DNA of 64,000 bases from an uncultured Methanosarcinaceae archaeon (GTDB taxonomy: Archaea > Halobacteriota > Methanosarcinia > Methanosarcinales > Methanosarcinaceae), in contig CAVSHT010000009.1 of assembly GCA_963727895.1 (NCBI GenBank), positions 352,001-416,000 on the forward strand, in the 5' to 3' direction. The notes under the pieces are model-generated. The model ran no database searches, had not been told where the DNA came from, and was given only the letters and a program-made list of their open reading frames with translations. Below are positions 31,602 through 42,208 of this stretch, in pieces. Position 1 is the first letter of the stretch, and each line of letters begins with the position of its first letter. The position numbers and the translations under genes are program-made.

Positions 31602-32046
31602 TTTAATCCCTTCCTTCTACGGTCTAATAATCGCTTATATAGTATGACATTATGGTTGAATATTAGCTTATCTTTTTGGAAAAAACCTGTTCACATTTAT
31701 AATTGCTTGTTAAAGGTTTCCTATAGTTTCAATGATGGTTATCCAAAGGTAAATGTAGGCAAAGAGAATGAGAATTTGTAGAAAGATATGAAAATTCATT
31801 TCAAGAGAAGAATATTACAATTATTTTGTAATGATTTTTGAAAATTTTATACAGGTATAGTTATTGTTATCAATATATTACTTTTCTAGTGTTGTAATTT
31901 CTTATTATTTTCTAGTAAAGAAGGAACTTTTAAGGACTTCTTGCCAAAAAGGACATTAATGATTCATAAAAACATAATTAATGATCCATTAAAACATAAG
32001 TATAACATAGAATACCCACCAAGTTTAAAATGAATGGAGTTAAAAA

Positions 32047-33195
32047 ATGGAACTTGTCGAAAAGCATAGGTCAAATTGTATAAAATGCGGGAGATGCCTC
32101 AAAATATGTCCTCGCTACAGTGACCTTGATTTGCTTGACAAGCTGTATGGATATCTAGAAGGTTATTCGGATATTGATGAAAACTGTTTGCCACGCTGCC
32201 TGACATGTGGACTCTGTAAGGATGCCTGTCCCGAGGAACTCGGAATCAAAATGCTTATTTCTCCTGCCAGACAGAAATGGGTAAATGAACATGGACTTAC
32301 AGACAAGCAAACAATGATAGACCCTGAAGCTGGAAACAATCTTTTCAAGAAGATTGCAGAGATGGACAAAATTCCTGTTTATAAAAAAGGTTCAGGCTCA
32401 ATAGTATATTTTCCTGGCTGTGCAGGTACATATATCAACAAAATTATGGCACAAGCTACAATTGCACTGCTAGATAAAGCCTCAGTTGATTACACTGTCC
32501 TAAGCGGAGTTGAATACTGCTGTGGGGCTGTATCTGCAGGTTATGGAGATCCTGAACCTATTCGCAGGAATGGACAAAGAAATATTGAAGAAATCCAAAA
32601 AAGGGGAGCAAAAATGTTTATAACAGCCTGCCCAGGATGCTTTAAGGCATTTAAAGATATCTACCCTAAAATGTTTGGAAAACTTAATTTTCAGGTTCTG
32701 CACGTTTCACAATATCTTGAACTTCTTCTAAGGGAAGAAAAACTTGCTCCCAAAAATGTTCTAAAGCATAAAGTTTTTTATCATGATCCCTGCCATCTGA
32801 CCAGGGCAATGGGAGTATACAAAGAAGCAAGGGATGTGCTGAAGCACATAGAGGGCACCGAACTTGCTAATGAATCCCCGAAAAATTCGGCATGCTGTGG
32901 ATTTGGCGGGGGAGTAAGGACTAATTATCCTTCTGAGTCTCTTGATGTAGCTTCAAACCGCTATAGGGCTGCTGAAAATTTAGGTTGTGATATAATTATC
33001 ACAAATTGCGGAGGCTGTATGCAAAATCTTATTGAAGCTGGGAAAAATGAAAAAATAAAAATTTTTGATCTTGCTGAATATCTTTCCCTTGCCTGTGGAA
33101 TAAAAATAGAGAGAGAAGATGCCAGAATGCTGGCACTCGTAAATAAGGCTTATAGACTTTGTATTGACGGTTACAAAAAGCTAGAATATTTATGA
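32047..33195 (+). CDS. HdrD-like Fe-S oxidoreductase (two 4Fe-4S motifs plus two CCG domains)
   Basis: CIKCGRCLKICP, CLTCGLCKDACP, YFPGC, YCCG, YHDPCHL and ACCGFGGG motifs. Confidence 0.88.
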   Translation: MELVEKHRSNCIKCGRCLKICPRYSDLDLLDKLYGYLEGYSDIDENCLPRCLTCGLCKDACPEELGIKMLISPARQKWVNEHGLTDKQTMIDPEAGNNLFKKIAEMDKIPVYKKGSGSIVYFPGCAGTYINKIMAQATIALLDKASVDYTVLSGVEYCCGAVSAGYGDPEPIRRNGQRNIEEIQKRGAKMFITACPGCFKAFKDIYPKMFGKLNFQVLHVSQYLELLLREEKLAPKNVLKHKVFYHDPCHLTRAMGVYKEARDVLKHIEGTELANESPKNSACCGFGGGVRTNYPSESLDVASNRYRAAENLGCDIIITNCGGCMQNLIEAGKNEKIKIFDLAEYLSLACGIKIEREDARMLALVNKAYRLCIDGYKKLEYL

Positions 33196-33322
33196 TCTTA
33201 CCTTATAACTTGATTAGCTTTATAATAGTACTTTAACTTCTCGTTTTGACTTTCTTACCTTTTTACGATTTAACAAAAAAATTAATAAGATAATTCAGAA
33301 CCAAAAAATGAGATATAAATTT

Positions 33323-34059
33323 GGCATTGATACTTAAACATAGTTATATATTATTAGAAAGTATATTTCTTCATGAACTGCCCCAAATGCAATAGTTCCA
33401 GTCACAAAAAGAACGGTATAGTTGGCGGGCGTCAACGGTACAAATGCTCTGATTGTGGCTATAACTATACAGTAGAGCTAAAATCAACTGCTTTTTCCGC
33501 CTCTGTTAAAAAACAGGCTTTACAACTCTATCTTGAAGGATTGGGCTTTTGCTTAATAGGAAGAGTTTTAGGGGTAAGTCACGTTTCTGTCCAAAAATGG
33601 ATCAAGAAATTTGGTCAGGAGTTAGAGGACCTAAAAAGTGAAAGTGAGATATCTATTGTTGAAATGGATGAGATGCACACTTACATCGGTAACAAAAAAA
33701 ATATTTCTGGATCTGGATTGCTGTTGATAGAGTTGGGAAAAAGTTCATCAACTGCTCTTTTGGCATCAGAGGAACGGAAACTGGAAAACTACTTTGGGAA
33801 AAAGTGAAGAAAAAAATTGGAGAAGTGATGACCGATCACTGGAGAGCATATGCAGAGGTTCTTCCAGAAAAGATCCATACTCAATCAAAAGCAGAAACGT
33901 ATACTGTTGAAGGATATAACAGCATATTGAGACATTTTCTAGCAAGATTAAGAAGAAAGACAAAGTGTTATACAAAAAGTCTTGAAATGCTAAAGTACTC
34001 GGTTATTCTATTGATGAAATACAGAAATAAAGAACTAGATCTAATTAAGTAACAATGCC
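33323..34059 (+). mobile_element. IS1-family element (737 bp) with 8-bp target duplication
   Basis: IRs ggcattgatacttaa / ttaagtaacaatgcc; flanking ataaattt at 33315-33322 and 34060-34067. Confidence 0.95.
33373..34052 (+). CDS. IS1-family transposase InsAB (programmed -1 frameshift at the A8 run 33694-33701)
   Basis: CPKC..RQRYKCSDC Zn ribbon and HTH; EMDEMHTY, then -1 frame WIWIAVDR..TDHWRAY..VEGYNSILRH. Confidence 0.9.
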
Positions 34060-34632
34060 ATAAATTTATTCTTTTTTAGTAAATTGAGCCTTAAGAGAAC
34101 ATTAAAAATAAAAAAGAAATTTTCAAAATAGAATTAGAGGATTTTTTGATTAATTTTCCATGATATTAACATAAAATTTGCCGTCTTTGAAGCTTATTTT
34201 TGGAAATATCTATTAGCAAATTATTTATTTTTACCCAGATAAATCTCTTATTTCTTTTTGTAATTATTGAGAGGTTTCATAAATAAGTTTCTATGTATAA
34301 GAGAGTGTAATCAGGAATATTTATATAGTATGTAACCGGAATTAGGATTCTGATTACTTGTTTAGATACAAACTCTAAACTACTATAAAACCTTGAGGAA
34401 TGGCAAAAATGATTACAGAAGTAGATTTTGAGCAAAAACTTTCTAACTTAACTGGTTGCTGCAACAGGAAAGGTGTTCCTGTAGCCATATAGAATGAAAT
34501 GTCAGACTTCTTCCACAAAAAAAATTCCAATTATGAGAAGTCTGGGAAAATAAACGCTGTTTATAATAGTTTTATGGAACGAGGACTGCTCCTACCTTTT
34601 AGAATGCAGAATGTGTCTAAGAGGTGTTACTT

Positions 34633-36126
34633 ATGAGTGGAGAAGACCACGACCTTGGAATCGATTGGGAACACGGTCCTCAGTGCAGTAAAGTGATCTG
34701 TGAAGCAGAAGAACTCAAAAGAACAATTGACTGGAAACAGGGGCTTGCGATTTCTCTTGGGGTTCCTTTATTGATCCTTCCTTCAATAGGTTATCTTACG
34801 GGTTATCTCTGGGCTTTTTCAATAATAGTATGGGGGTTAACTGTCCTTCTTGGTTTTCTCCAGAACACTTCATTCGGAGAGATGGCAACTGTTTTCCCAA
34901 AAGCTTTGGGAATGCCTGGCTATACTCAAACTGTTTTTAGCTCAGGTGATGAAGATGCAGGTAATAAATCGAAAAGTATAGGTAAATTCATAGGAGGTTT
35001 CAGCGCCTGGGGTTACTGGATAGGCTGGAGTCCGGTGCTTGCGATTTATGCAATCCTTATCGGTACTTATCTGCACGGACTAATTCCGATGTTTAGTTCG
35101 ATTCCACAGACTCCCTTCAATGTAGTGGTTGGAGCACTTGTATTTGCCCCTATGGTCTATATAAACTCAAAAGGACTTAAAAACGGAGCTAGTCTCAGTT
35201 ATATTCTGGCTATAATATCGATATTACCCCTGCTTATTATTAGTATTGCTCCTTTCTTTACCGGAGACTTCCACATTACAAACATTACAGGTGCCTGGAT
35301 ACCCACTGACTGGACCTGGGACTTAAAGCATGTATTAATGCTCTTTGGACTTTTCGCAATGGCTGAATGGAGTGCTGTTGGCTGGGAAAGCGCAGCAATA
35401 TTTGGGCCTGAGTATAAAAAACCCAATGTTGACACTCCAAAAGCACTGTTATCCTGTGGTTTAGTTTGTCTTGTAATCTACGTGCTTGTTCAGGCTTCAG
35501 TTGTTGGGTCTCTTGGAGTTAAAGGTGTACTTGCAGATCCAGTCTCCCCAATGCTACCTCTCGCAAAGCTTTCTTTGGGACCGACTGGAGGTACAATTGC
35601 AATTATCATACTAATTGCAGCCATGCTCCTGATTATTCAGACTGCTTTTCTCTCTTCGGCAAGGTCAATATATTCAATGGCAATGGAAGGAAACCTCCCA
35701 TCTGTCTTTGGTAAACTGAACGCAAATGGGAACCCTATGAATGCAATGATAGCGGATGCATTCTTCAATATGTGCCTAATTCTCCTTGGAACTCCAACAG
35801 CAATTATTTCAGCTTCTGCGGTTGGTTACATTGTCGCAAATGGTATGAGCCTCTTTGCCTACGTAAAATATAGAAAAGATCCAAAACTTTCAAAGCTTGA
35901 CAGACCTTTCAAAGCTCCTCGCGGATGGACTTACGTAGCTTTGATAACCGGGATTCTGAATATCCCCTTCTTCCTAATCGGAATCATATATATTAATGCG
36001 ATGGAAAGTGGATGGACTACCATACTAGTTGGTTTTGTTGTGCTTTTCCTATACATCCCTATTTGGCTCAATTTACATCAAAAATCAAAGACAGTAAACG
36101 ACCAAAAATCAGTTATTGCAGAATGA
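34633..36126 (+). CDS. APC-family permease, MtbP/MtmP-like methylamine permease
   Basis: About 12 TM segments; LKRTIDWKQGLAISLGVP, GWESAAIFGPEYK and RPFKAP motifs; directly upstream of the mtb/mtt operon. Confidence 0.82.
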   Translation: MSGEDHDLGIDWEHGPQCSKVICEAEELKRTIDWKQGLAISLGVPLLILPSIGYLTGYLWAFSIIVWGLTVLLGFLQNTSFGEMATVFPKALGMPGYTQTVFSSGDEDAGNKSKSIGKFIGGFSAWGYWIGWSPVLAIYAILIGTYLHGLIPMFSSIPQTPFNVVVGALVFAPMVYINSKGLKNGASLSYILAIISILPLLIISIAPFFTGDFHITNITGAWIPTDWTWDLKHVLMLFGLFAMAEWSAVGWESAAIFGPEYKKPNVDTPKALLSCGLVCLVIYVLVQASVVGSLGVKGVLADPVSPMLPLAKLSLGPTGGTIAIIILIAAMLLIIQTAFLSSARSIYSMAMEGNLPSVFGKLNANGNPMNAMIADAFFNMCLILLGTPTAIISASAVGYIVANGMSLFAYVKYRKDPKLSKLDRPFKAPRGWTYVALITGILNIPFFLIGIIYINAMESGWTTILVGFVVLFLYIPIWLNLHQKSKTVNDQKSVIAE

Positions 36127-36296
36127 GCCTACAAGATGTAACAGCTTGAAAGTATTAAGATAGAACAATATCAGTTTTATCTTATATCAGTTTTATCTTA
36201 TTTCTTAATAGAAACTAATCTATATTATATAAATATTAAAGAATATTTTTGAAAAATATTAATAGACATTTATAAAAAGGAAGTAAGATATATAAT

Positions 36297-36429
36297 GAGC
36301 CTATCCTAAAACTCAAAATTTGCTTATTAGGCATTCAATTTCAGATATTCAACCAAGCTTTTGATTGTGAAAACAATTTCGAAAATTCCCAACAATTAAG
36401 AATAATAAAGTAGTTTTTGGGATAGGCTC
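36297..36429. mobile_element. 133-bp MITE
   Basis: Terminal IRs gagcctatcctaaaa / ttttgggataggctc (14/15); flanked by aat on both sides; no ORF. Confidence 0.8.
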
Positions 36430-36769
36430 AATATTTATATTTTATGATTATCTATTTTTATATTTTATTTTGGGATAAACAAAAAAGACTAAATAGAAAA
36501 GTATATATAAAAGATCGTTGGGTACCAAAAAATTGCCAAAAAAATATATATATTAGAAAAAATAAACATGGTTATAAGAGACATCTGAAAGACGATATCC
36601 CAGAGGGGATTAAAATGGCACAAAATAAACTCCTCTGCTAAAAAAACTCATGAACCCCAATCAGCGTCATCATGGCACTCTATAGTTTCATTATTTCGCT
36701 TGTGGTAATTATGGTTTCTACCCAGAGTCAGGAAGAGACGTCTCTACTGTTCAAAAACTAAAACGGAGG

Positions 36770-37420
36770 ATGCGTAACATTAGCAAAGAAGAATTACTTC
36801 AGGAACTTGCAGATGCTATAATTTCCTGCAAGAAGGATGCAGTACTTGCTGCAGTTGAAAAAGCTAAAGGAGAAGTGGAACCTTCTGAGATAATTGAAAA
36901 AGGGCTTGCAGTCGGAATGAACGAAGTAGGTGTCCGTTTTGAGAGGGGAAAACTCTTCCTTCCACACGTGATGATAGCTGCCGACGCTATGACTGCAGGA
37001 GTAGCAGCTCTGAAGGACCTTATGCCAGAAGGAGCTTCCAGCTCAAAACTAGGAGTTATTGTGAACGGTACAGTTGAAGGTGACGTTCATGATATTGGAA
37101 AAGCAATCGTGTCCACAATGCTTCAATCATCTGGTTTTGAAGTGCACGATATCGGCCGTGATGTTCCAGTAAAGAAGTTCATAGAAAAGGCAAAGGAAGT
37201 AAACGCTAACATGATTGGAATTTCCGCCCTTATGACTACCACACTGCAGGGGCAGAGAGATGTCATTGAACTTCTTAAAGAAGAAGGAATGAGAGATAAG
37301 GTAAAAGTGATGGTAGGTGGAGCACCAGCAACCCAGGCATGGGCTGACAAGATCGGTGCAGACTGTTATGCCGAAAATGCAAGTGAAGCTGTCGTAAAGG
37401 CAAAGGAACTGCTCATTTAA
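36770..37420 (+). CDS. mtbC: Dimethylamine corrinoid protein (true start may be ATT at 36779)
   Basis: [19 protein letters not shown]-terminus; EGDVHDIGK motif; first gene of the mtbC-mttB-mttC operon. Confidence 0.92.
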   Translation: MRNISKEELLQELADAIISCKKDAVLAAVEKAKGEVEPSEIIEKGLAVGMNEVGVRFERGKLFLPHVMIAADAMTAGVAALKDLMPEGASSSKLGVIVNGTVEGDVHDIGKAIVSTMLQSSGFEVHDIGRDVPVKKFIEKAKEVNANMIGISALMTTTLQGQRDVIELLKEEGMRDKVKVMVGGAPATQAWADKIGADCYAENASEAVVKAKELLI

Positions 37421-37457
37421 GTTGTTTCAGGACAGCTTTTATTTGGAGGTTATAAAA

Positions 37458-38945
37458 ATGGCAAAAAATAATGCAGTTGCAGGATTTAATGCACTTAATG
37501 GCGTAGAATTAAACCTTTTTACGAATGATGAACTTAAGGCAATTCACTATGCAACCATGGAAGTTCTGATGGAACCTGGAATTCAGGTTTCTGACCCTGA
37601 AGCAAGACAGATCTTCAAGGAAAATGGTTGTGAAGTTGATGAGAAAACAAACGTTGTAAAAATTCCGGAATATCTGGTAAGAAAAGCTCTTCAGCTTGCA
37701 CCGTCAAGATTTGTTCTCTGGGGCAGAGACAAAAAGTTCAATACAGTCCAGGAATGCGGAGGAAAAGTTCACTGGACCTGTTTTGGTACCGGTGTAAAGG
37801 TGTGCAAGTACCAGGATGGAAAGTACGTAACGGTTGACTCTGTTGAAAAGGATATTGCAGACATCGCAAAACTCTGTGATTGGGCAGAAAACATTGACTA
37901 TTTCTCACTGCCTGTTTCTGCAAGGGATATTGCAGGCCAGGGTGCCCAGGATGTACACGAAACACTTACTCCAATTGCAAATACTGCAAAACACTACCAT
38001 CACATTGACCCTGTTGGCGAAAATGTAGAGTATTACAGGGATATTGTAACAGCCTACTATGGGGGAGACGAAGAAGAAGCAAGGAAGAAACCAATTTTCT
38101 CAATGCTCCTCTGCCCAACCAGCCCTCTAGAACTCAGTGTAAATGCATGTCAGGTCATTATTAAAGGTGCCCGTTTCGGAATGCCGGTTAACGTCCTGAG
38201 TATGGCAATGTCAGGTGGATCATCTCCTGTTTACCTGGCAGGAACTCTTGTAACACACAATGCAGAAGTTCTTTCGGGAATTGTACTTGCTCAACTTACA
38301 GTTCCAGGAAGCAAAGTATGGTATGGAAGTTCAACAACTACTTTTGACCTGAAGAAAGGTACTGCGCCTGTAGGATCTCCGGAACTTGGTTTGATAAGCG
38401 CGGCTGTGGCAAAACTCGCGCAGTTCTATGGTCTTCCTTCATATGTGGCAGGTTCTTAGTCTGATGCCAAGATCCCGGATAACCAGGCAGGACACGAGAA
38501 AACTATGACAACTCTTCTGCCTGCACTTGCTGGTGCAAACACAATTTATGGAGCCGGGATGCTTGAGCTTGGAATGACATTCTCAATGGAACAGCTTGTT
38601 ATTGATAATGATATTTTTAGCATGGTAAAGAAAGCCATGCAGGGAATTCCTGTATCTGAAGAAACTCTTGCAGTTGAATCTATCCAGAAGGTAGGGATTG
38701 GAAACAATTTCCTTGCCCTGAAACAGACCAGACAGCTTGTAGACTATCCTTCTAACCCAATGCTTATTGACAGGCATATGTTTGGAGACTGGGCAGCAGC
38801 AGGATCAAAAGACCTGGCAACAGTTGCACACGAGAAGGTTGAAGATGTTCTTAAAAACTACCAGGTAAAGCCAATTGATGCAGATATTCTCAAGGATATG
38901 CAGGCAGTCGTGGACAGGGCTGATAAAGCATTTAGAGGCATGTAA
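37458..38945 (+). CDS. mttB: Trimethylamine:corrinoid methyltransferase, 495 aa, pyrrolysine at codon 334
   Basis: [13 protein letters not shown] start; in-frame TAG at 38457-38459 (YVAGS-O-SDAK) joins the two ORF-track pieces. Confidence 0.97.
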
Positions 38946-38976
38946 TTAAATTTTCAGAGATTCAGGAGATCTAAAA

Positions 38977-39627
38977 ATGGCAAATAAAGAAGAAATAATT
39001 GCAAAAGCAAAGGAAGCAATTACAGAGTTCGATGGGGAAATAGCAGCAGAAGTGGCAGAAGAAGCACTTGCTGCAGGAATAGACCCTGTTGAACTTATTG
39101 AAAAAGGGTTTACTGCAGGTATGGAAGAAGTTGGAGAGAAGTTTGGACAGGGGGAACTGTTCTTGCCACATGTGCTTGCAGCAGCGGAAGCGATGAATGA
39201 AGGCATAAAGGTTATTACTCCGGAAATGGAAAAGAGAAAGTCTCAGACAAAGAGCCTGGGAACTGTTGTTCTCGGAACGATTGAAGGAGATATCCACTCG
39301 ATAGGAAAAGACATACTGGCTTCGATGCTGAAAATTGCAGGTTTTAAAGTGGTGGATCTGGGAAGAGACGTGCCTATAAAGACGTTTGTTGAAAAGGCAA
39401 AGGAAGTTAAACCACAGGTAATTGCATCCTCAGCACTTATGACCACTACAATGGTTAACCAGATACAGATAGAGGAACAGCTGAAGGAAGCTGGACTCAG
39501 GGACCAGGTTAAGACAATGGTCGGAGGAGCACCAGTAACCCAGGACTGGGCAGACAAGATCGGAGCAGATATTTACGGTGAAAGTGCAAACGATGCAGTA
39601 AGTAAGGTAAAAGCAGCGTTAGCCTGA
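38977..39627 (+). CDS. mttC: Trimethylamine corrinoid protein
   Basis: MANKEEIIAKAKEAIT N-terminus; EGDIHSIGKDI motif. Confidence 0.95.
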   Translation: MANKEEIIAKAKEAITEFDGEIAAEVAEEALAAGIDPVELIEKGFTAGMEEVGEKFGQGELFLPHVLAAAEAMNEGIKVITPEMEKRKSQTKSLGTVVLGTIEGDIHSIGKDILASMLKIAGFKVVDLGRDVPIKTFVEKAKEVKPQVIASSALMTTTMVNQIQIEEQLKEAGLRDQVKTMVGGAPVTQDWADKIGADIYGESANDAVSKVKAALA

Positions 39628-39834
39628 AGCAAGTTAAGTTGTAGACAATGTAATCTCATTGGATACATCGTCTACAAAAATTTGATTTTTTGTGGGTTTT
39701 GCGTAATCTGTATTTGAAAAATCAGATAAAGTCTTTTGCAGGTTACATCTATGGAAATATTATAGAATGTAATTACTGTAAAAATGGCATTATAAAAAAG
39801 ATTATTAAAAATTTAATGGCTAGGTGTTATGAAA

Positions 39835-41238
39835 ATGGCAACCGAATATGCTTTACGTATGGGAGACGGGAAACGTGTCTTCCTTACTAAAGAGAAAATT
39901 ATAGAGGAGATTGAAGCAGGAACTGCAAATGCTGCTGATCTTGGTGAGATACCTACCCTCAGTGCTGATGAAATTGACAAACTTGCAGAAATTCTTATGA
40001 TGCCTGGCAAGGCCGTCAGTGTTGAACAGGGTATGGAAATTCCTGTAACTCACGATATAGGCACTATCAGACTTGATGGTGACCAGGGTAACAGCGGTGT
40101 TGGGATTCCTTCAAGCCGTTTAGTTGGCTGCATGACGCACGAACGTGCTTTTGGTGCCGATACAATGGAACTTGGTCACATTGACTACAGTTTCAAGCCT
40201 GTAAAGCCTGTTGTATCAAATGAATGCCAGGCAATGGAAGTATGCCAGCAGAACATGGTAATTCCACTCTTTTACGGCGCAATGCCAAACATGGGGCTTT
40301 ACTATACACCAGATGGACCTTTTGAGAATCCAGGAGACCTTATGAAGGCTTTTAAAATACAGGAAGCCTGGGAATCAATGGAACACGCTGCTGAGCACCT
40401 GACAAGGGATACTGTGTGGGTTATGCAGAAGCTTTTTGCCTCTGGTGCCGATGGTGTTAACTTTGACACAACCGGTGCAGCAGGCGATGGTGACATGTAC
40501 GGTACACTCCATGCAATTGAAGCTCTCAGAAAAGAGTTCCCTGAGATGTACATCGAAGCTGGAATGGCTGGAGAATGCGTACTCGGTATGCATGGAAACC
40601 TTCAGTACGAAGGCACTACACTTGCAGGACTCTGGCCACACCAGCAGGCACCTCTGATTGCAAAAGCCGGAGCAAATGTTTTTGGACCAGTGTGCAACAC
40701 CAATACCAGCAAGACCTCAGCCTGGAACCTTGCCCGTGCAGTAACTTTCATTAAGTCTGCAGTACAGGCATCTCCAATTCCATGTCATGTAAATATGGGA
40801 ATGGGAGTTGGTGGAATTCCAATGCTTGAAACTCCTCCTATTGACGCAGTCACCAGGGCGAGCAAGGCAATGGTAGAAATTGCAGGCGTCGACGGCATAT
40901 AGATCGGAGTCGGCGACCCAATGGGTATGCCGATTTCCCACATAATGGCTTCAGGTATGACTGGTATAAGAGCTGCAGGAGACCTTGTAGCTAGAATGGA
41001 GTTCTCAAAGAATATGCGCATTGGAGAGGCAAAAGAATACGTGGCAAAGAAGCTAGGTGTTGACATTATGTCTCTTACAGATGAGCATGTTATGCGCGAA
41101 CTGCGTGAAGAACTTGATATTGGGGTCATAACTTCAGTACCAGGAGCTGCAAAAGGAATTGCAGCAAAGATGAATATTGAAAAATTGTTAGATATAAAGA
41201 TAAATTCCTGCAATCTATTCAGAAAGCAGATTGCTTAA
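39835..41238 (+). CDS. mtbB: Dimethylamine:corrinoid methyltransferase, 467 aa, pyrrolysine at codon 356
   Basis: [12 protein letters not shown] start; in-frame TAG at 40900-40902 (VDGI-O-IGVGDP). Confidence 0.97.
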
Positions 41239-41266
41239 GGGATTCAGGTAGTATCCTGAATATCCC
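41239..41266 (+). terminator. Hairpin directly after the mtbB stop
   Basis: ggga-ttcagg-tagtat-cctgaa-ta-tccc; no U-tract follows. Confidence 0.35.
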
Positions 41267-41543
41267 GCTCCAGCAGGGGAAAACAAGATCAAAACTGAAC
41301 AAATTTGTGCCTGTCAAAAAATATACAATAAATATGAAACCCCTCAGACGGGCCCAAAAAGTTCTTCCTTGAAAAAATAACGACCACCATCCCCTGCTGT
41401 TATTATTATTTTAGAAATTAATTACTTTTTAATAAATTAGGAATTTTCAATCGCACTCAACCCCTAACAACTTTTATTTTAATAAAATCATATAAGTAAA
41501 GTTATTTATTGTGATTTGAAATTCCATAATTGATCAGATCTCT

Positions 41544-41786
41544 TTTAGAAATGCATTTTAATAATTCACCTTATTTTGTTTACACGTAGTTTGTCTTACC
41601 ATTCTCTGATTTTTCTTACTGAAATTTAGAAATGCATTTTAATAATTCACCTTATTTTGTTTACACGTAGTTTGTCTTACCATTCTCTGATTTTTCTTAC
41701 TGAAATTTAGAAATGCATTTTAATAATTCACCTTATTTTGTTTACACGTAGTTTGTCTTACCATTCTCTGATTTTTCTTACTGAAA
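41544..41786. repeat. Perfect 3 x 81-bp tandem repeat
   Basis: Unit tttagaaatgc...cttactgaaa starts at 41544, 41625 and 41706; no spacers. Confidence 0.95.
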
Positions 41787-42208
41787 TCATCCGGTTATGA
41801 AATATTTATATATTTTTAGGTACAGGTTATAATTAGCAAATCAAGTTTTCTTGAGTTGTTCTGTAAAGTGCCATTAAATCTCCTTAAATCTGCAGACTCC
41901 GTAGTAAATTTGTCTTTAAACCTCCATTGTTTTTCTATTTAATTTAGAGATTTTCAGGTTAGAGCTGGATACTCATTCTGTTTTTGTTTTCTTATATTGC
42001 CAAAAAAAGAGTTAAGTAAGAAATAAAAAAGCTAAGGTTCCTCGTATTTAAGCCCAAAGTTTATCAGTTGATAAGCTAATTATGCAGGGAATCTAATAGC
42101 TGAAAAAAATTATACAACATACTTAGCTTCTGAATAAATGTATGAAGAGATATACATCACTTGTTTTTATATCTATTTCCAGGTTTATCGGAAATTTTGG
42201 TGAGAAAT

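Noticed and set aside
20826..34059. Composite transposon or inversion between the two IS1 copies
   Set aside because: The second copy has its own intact target duplication, the flanks do not cross-match, and the enclosed genes are core genes.
37422..41238. mttB and mtbB as split pseudogenes
   Set aside because: The TAGs are at the established pyrrolysine positions.
41544..41786. CRISPR array
   Set aside because: The units are identical 81-mers with no unique spacers, and there are no cas genes nearby.
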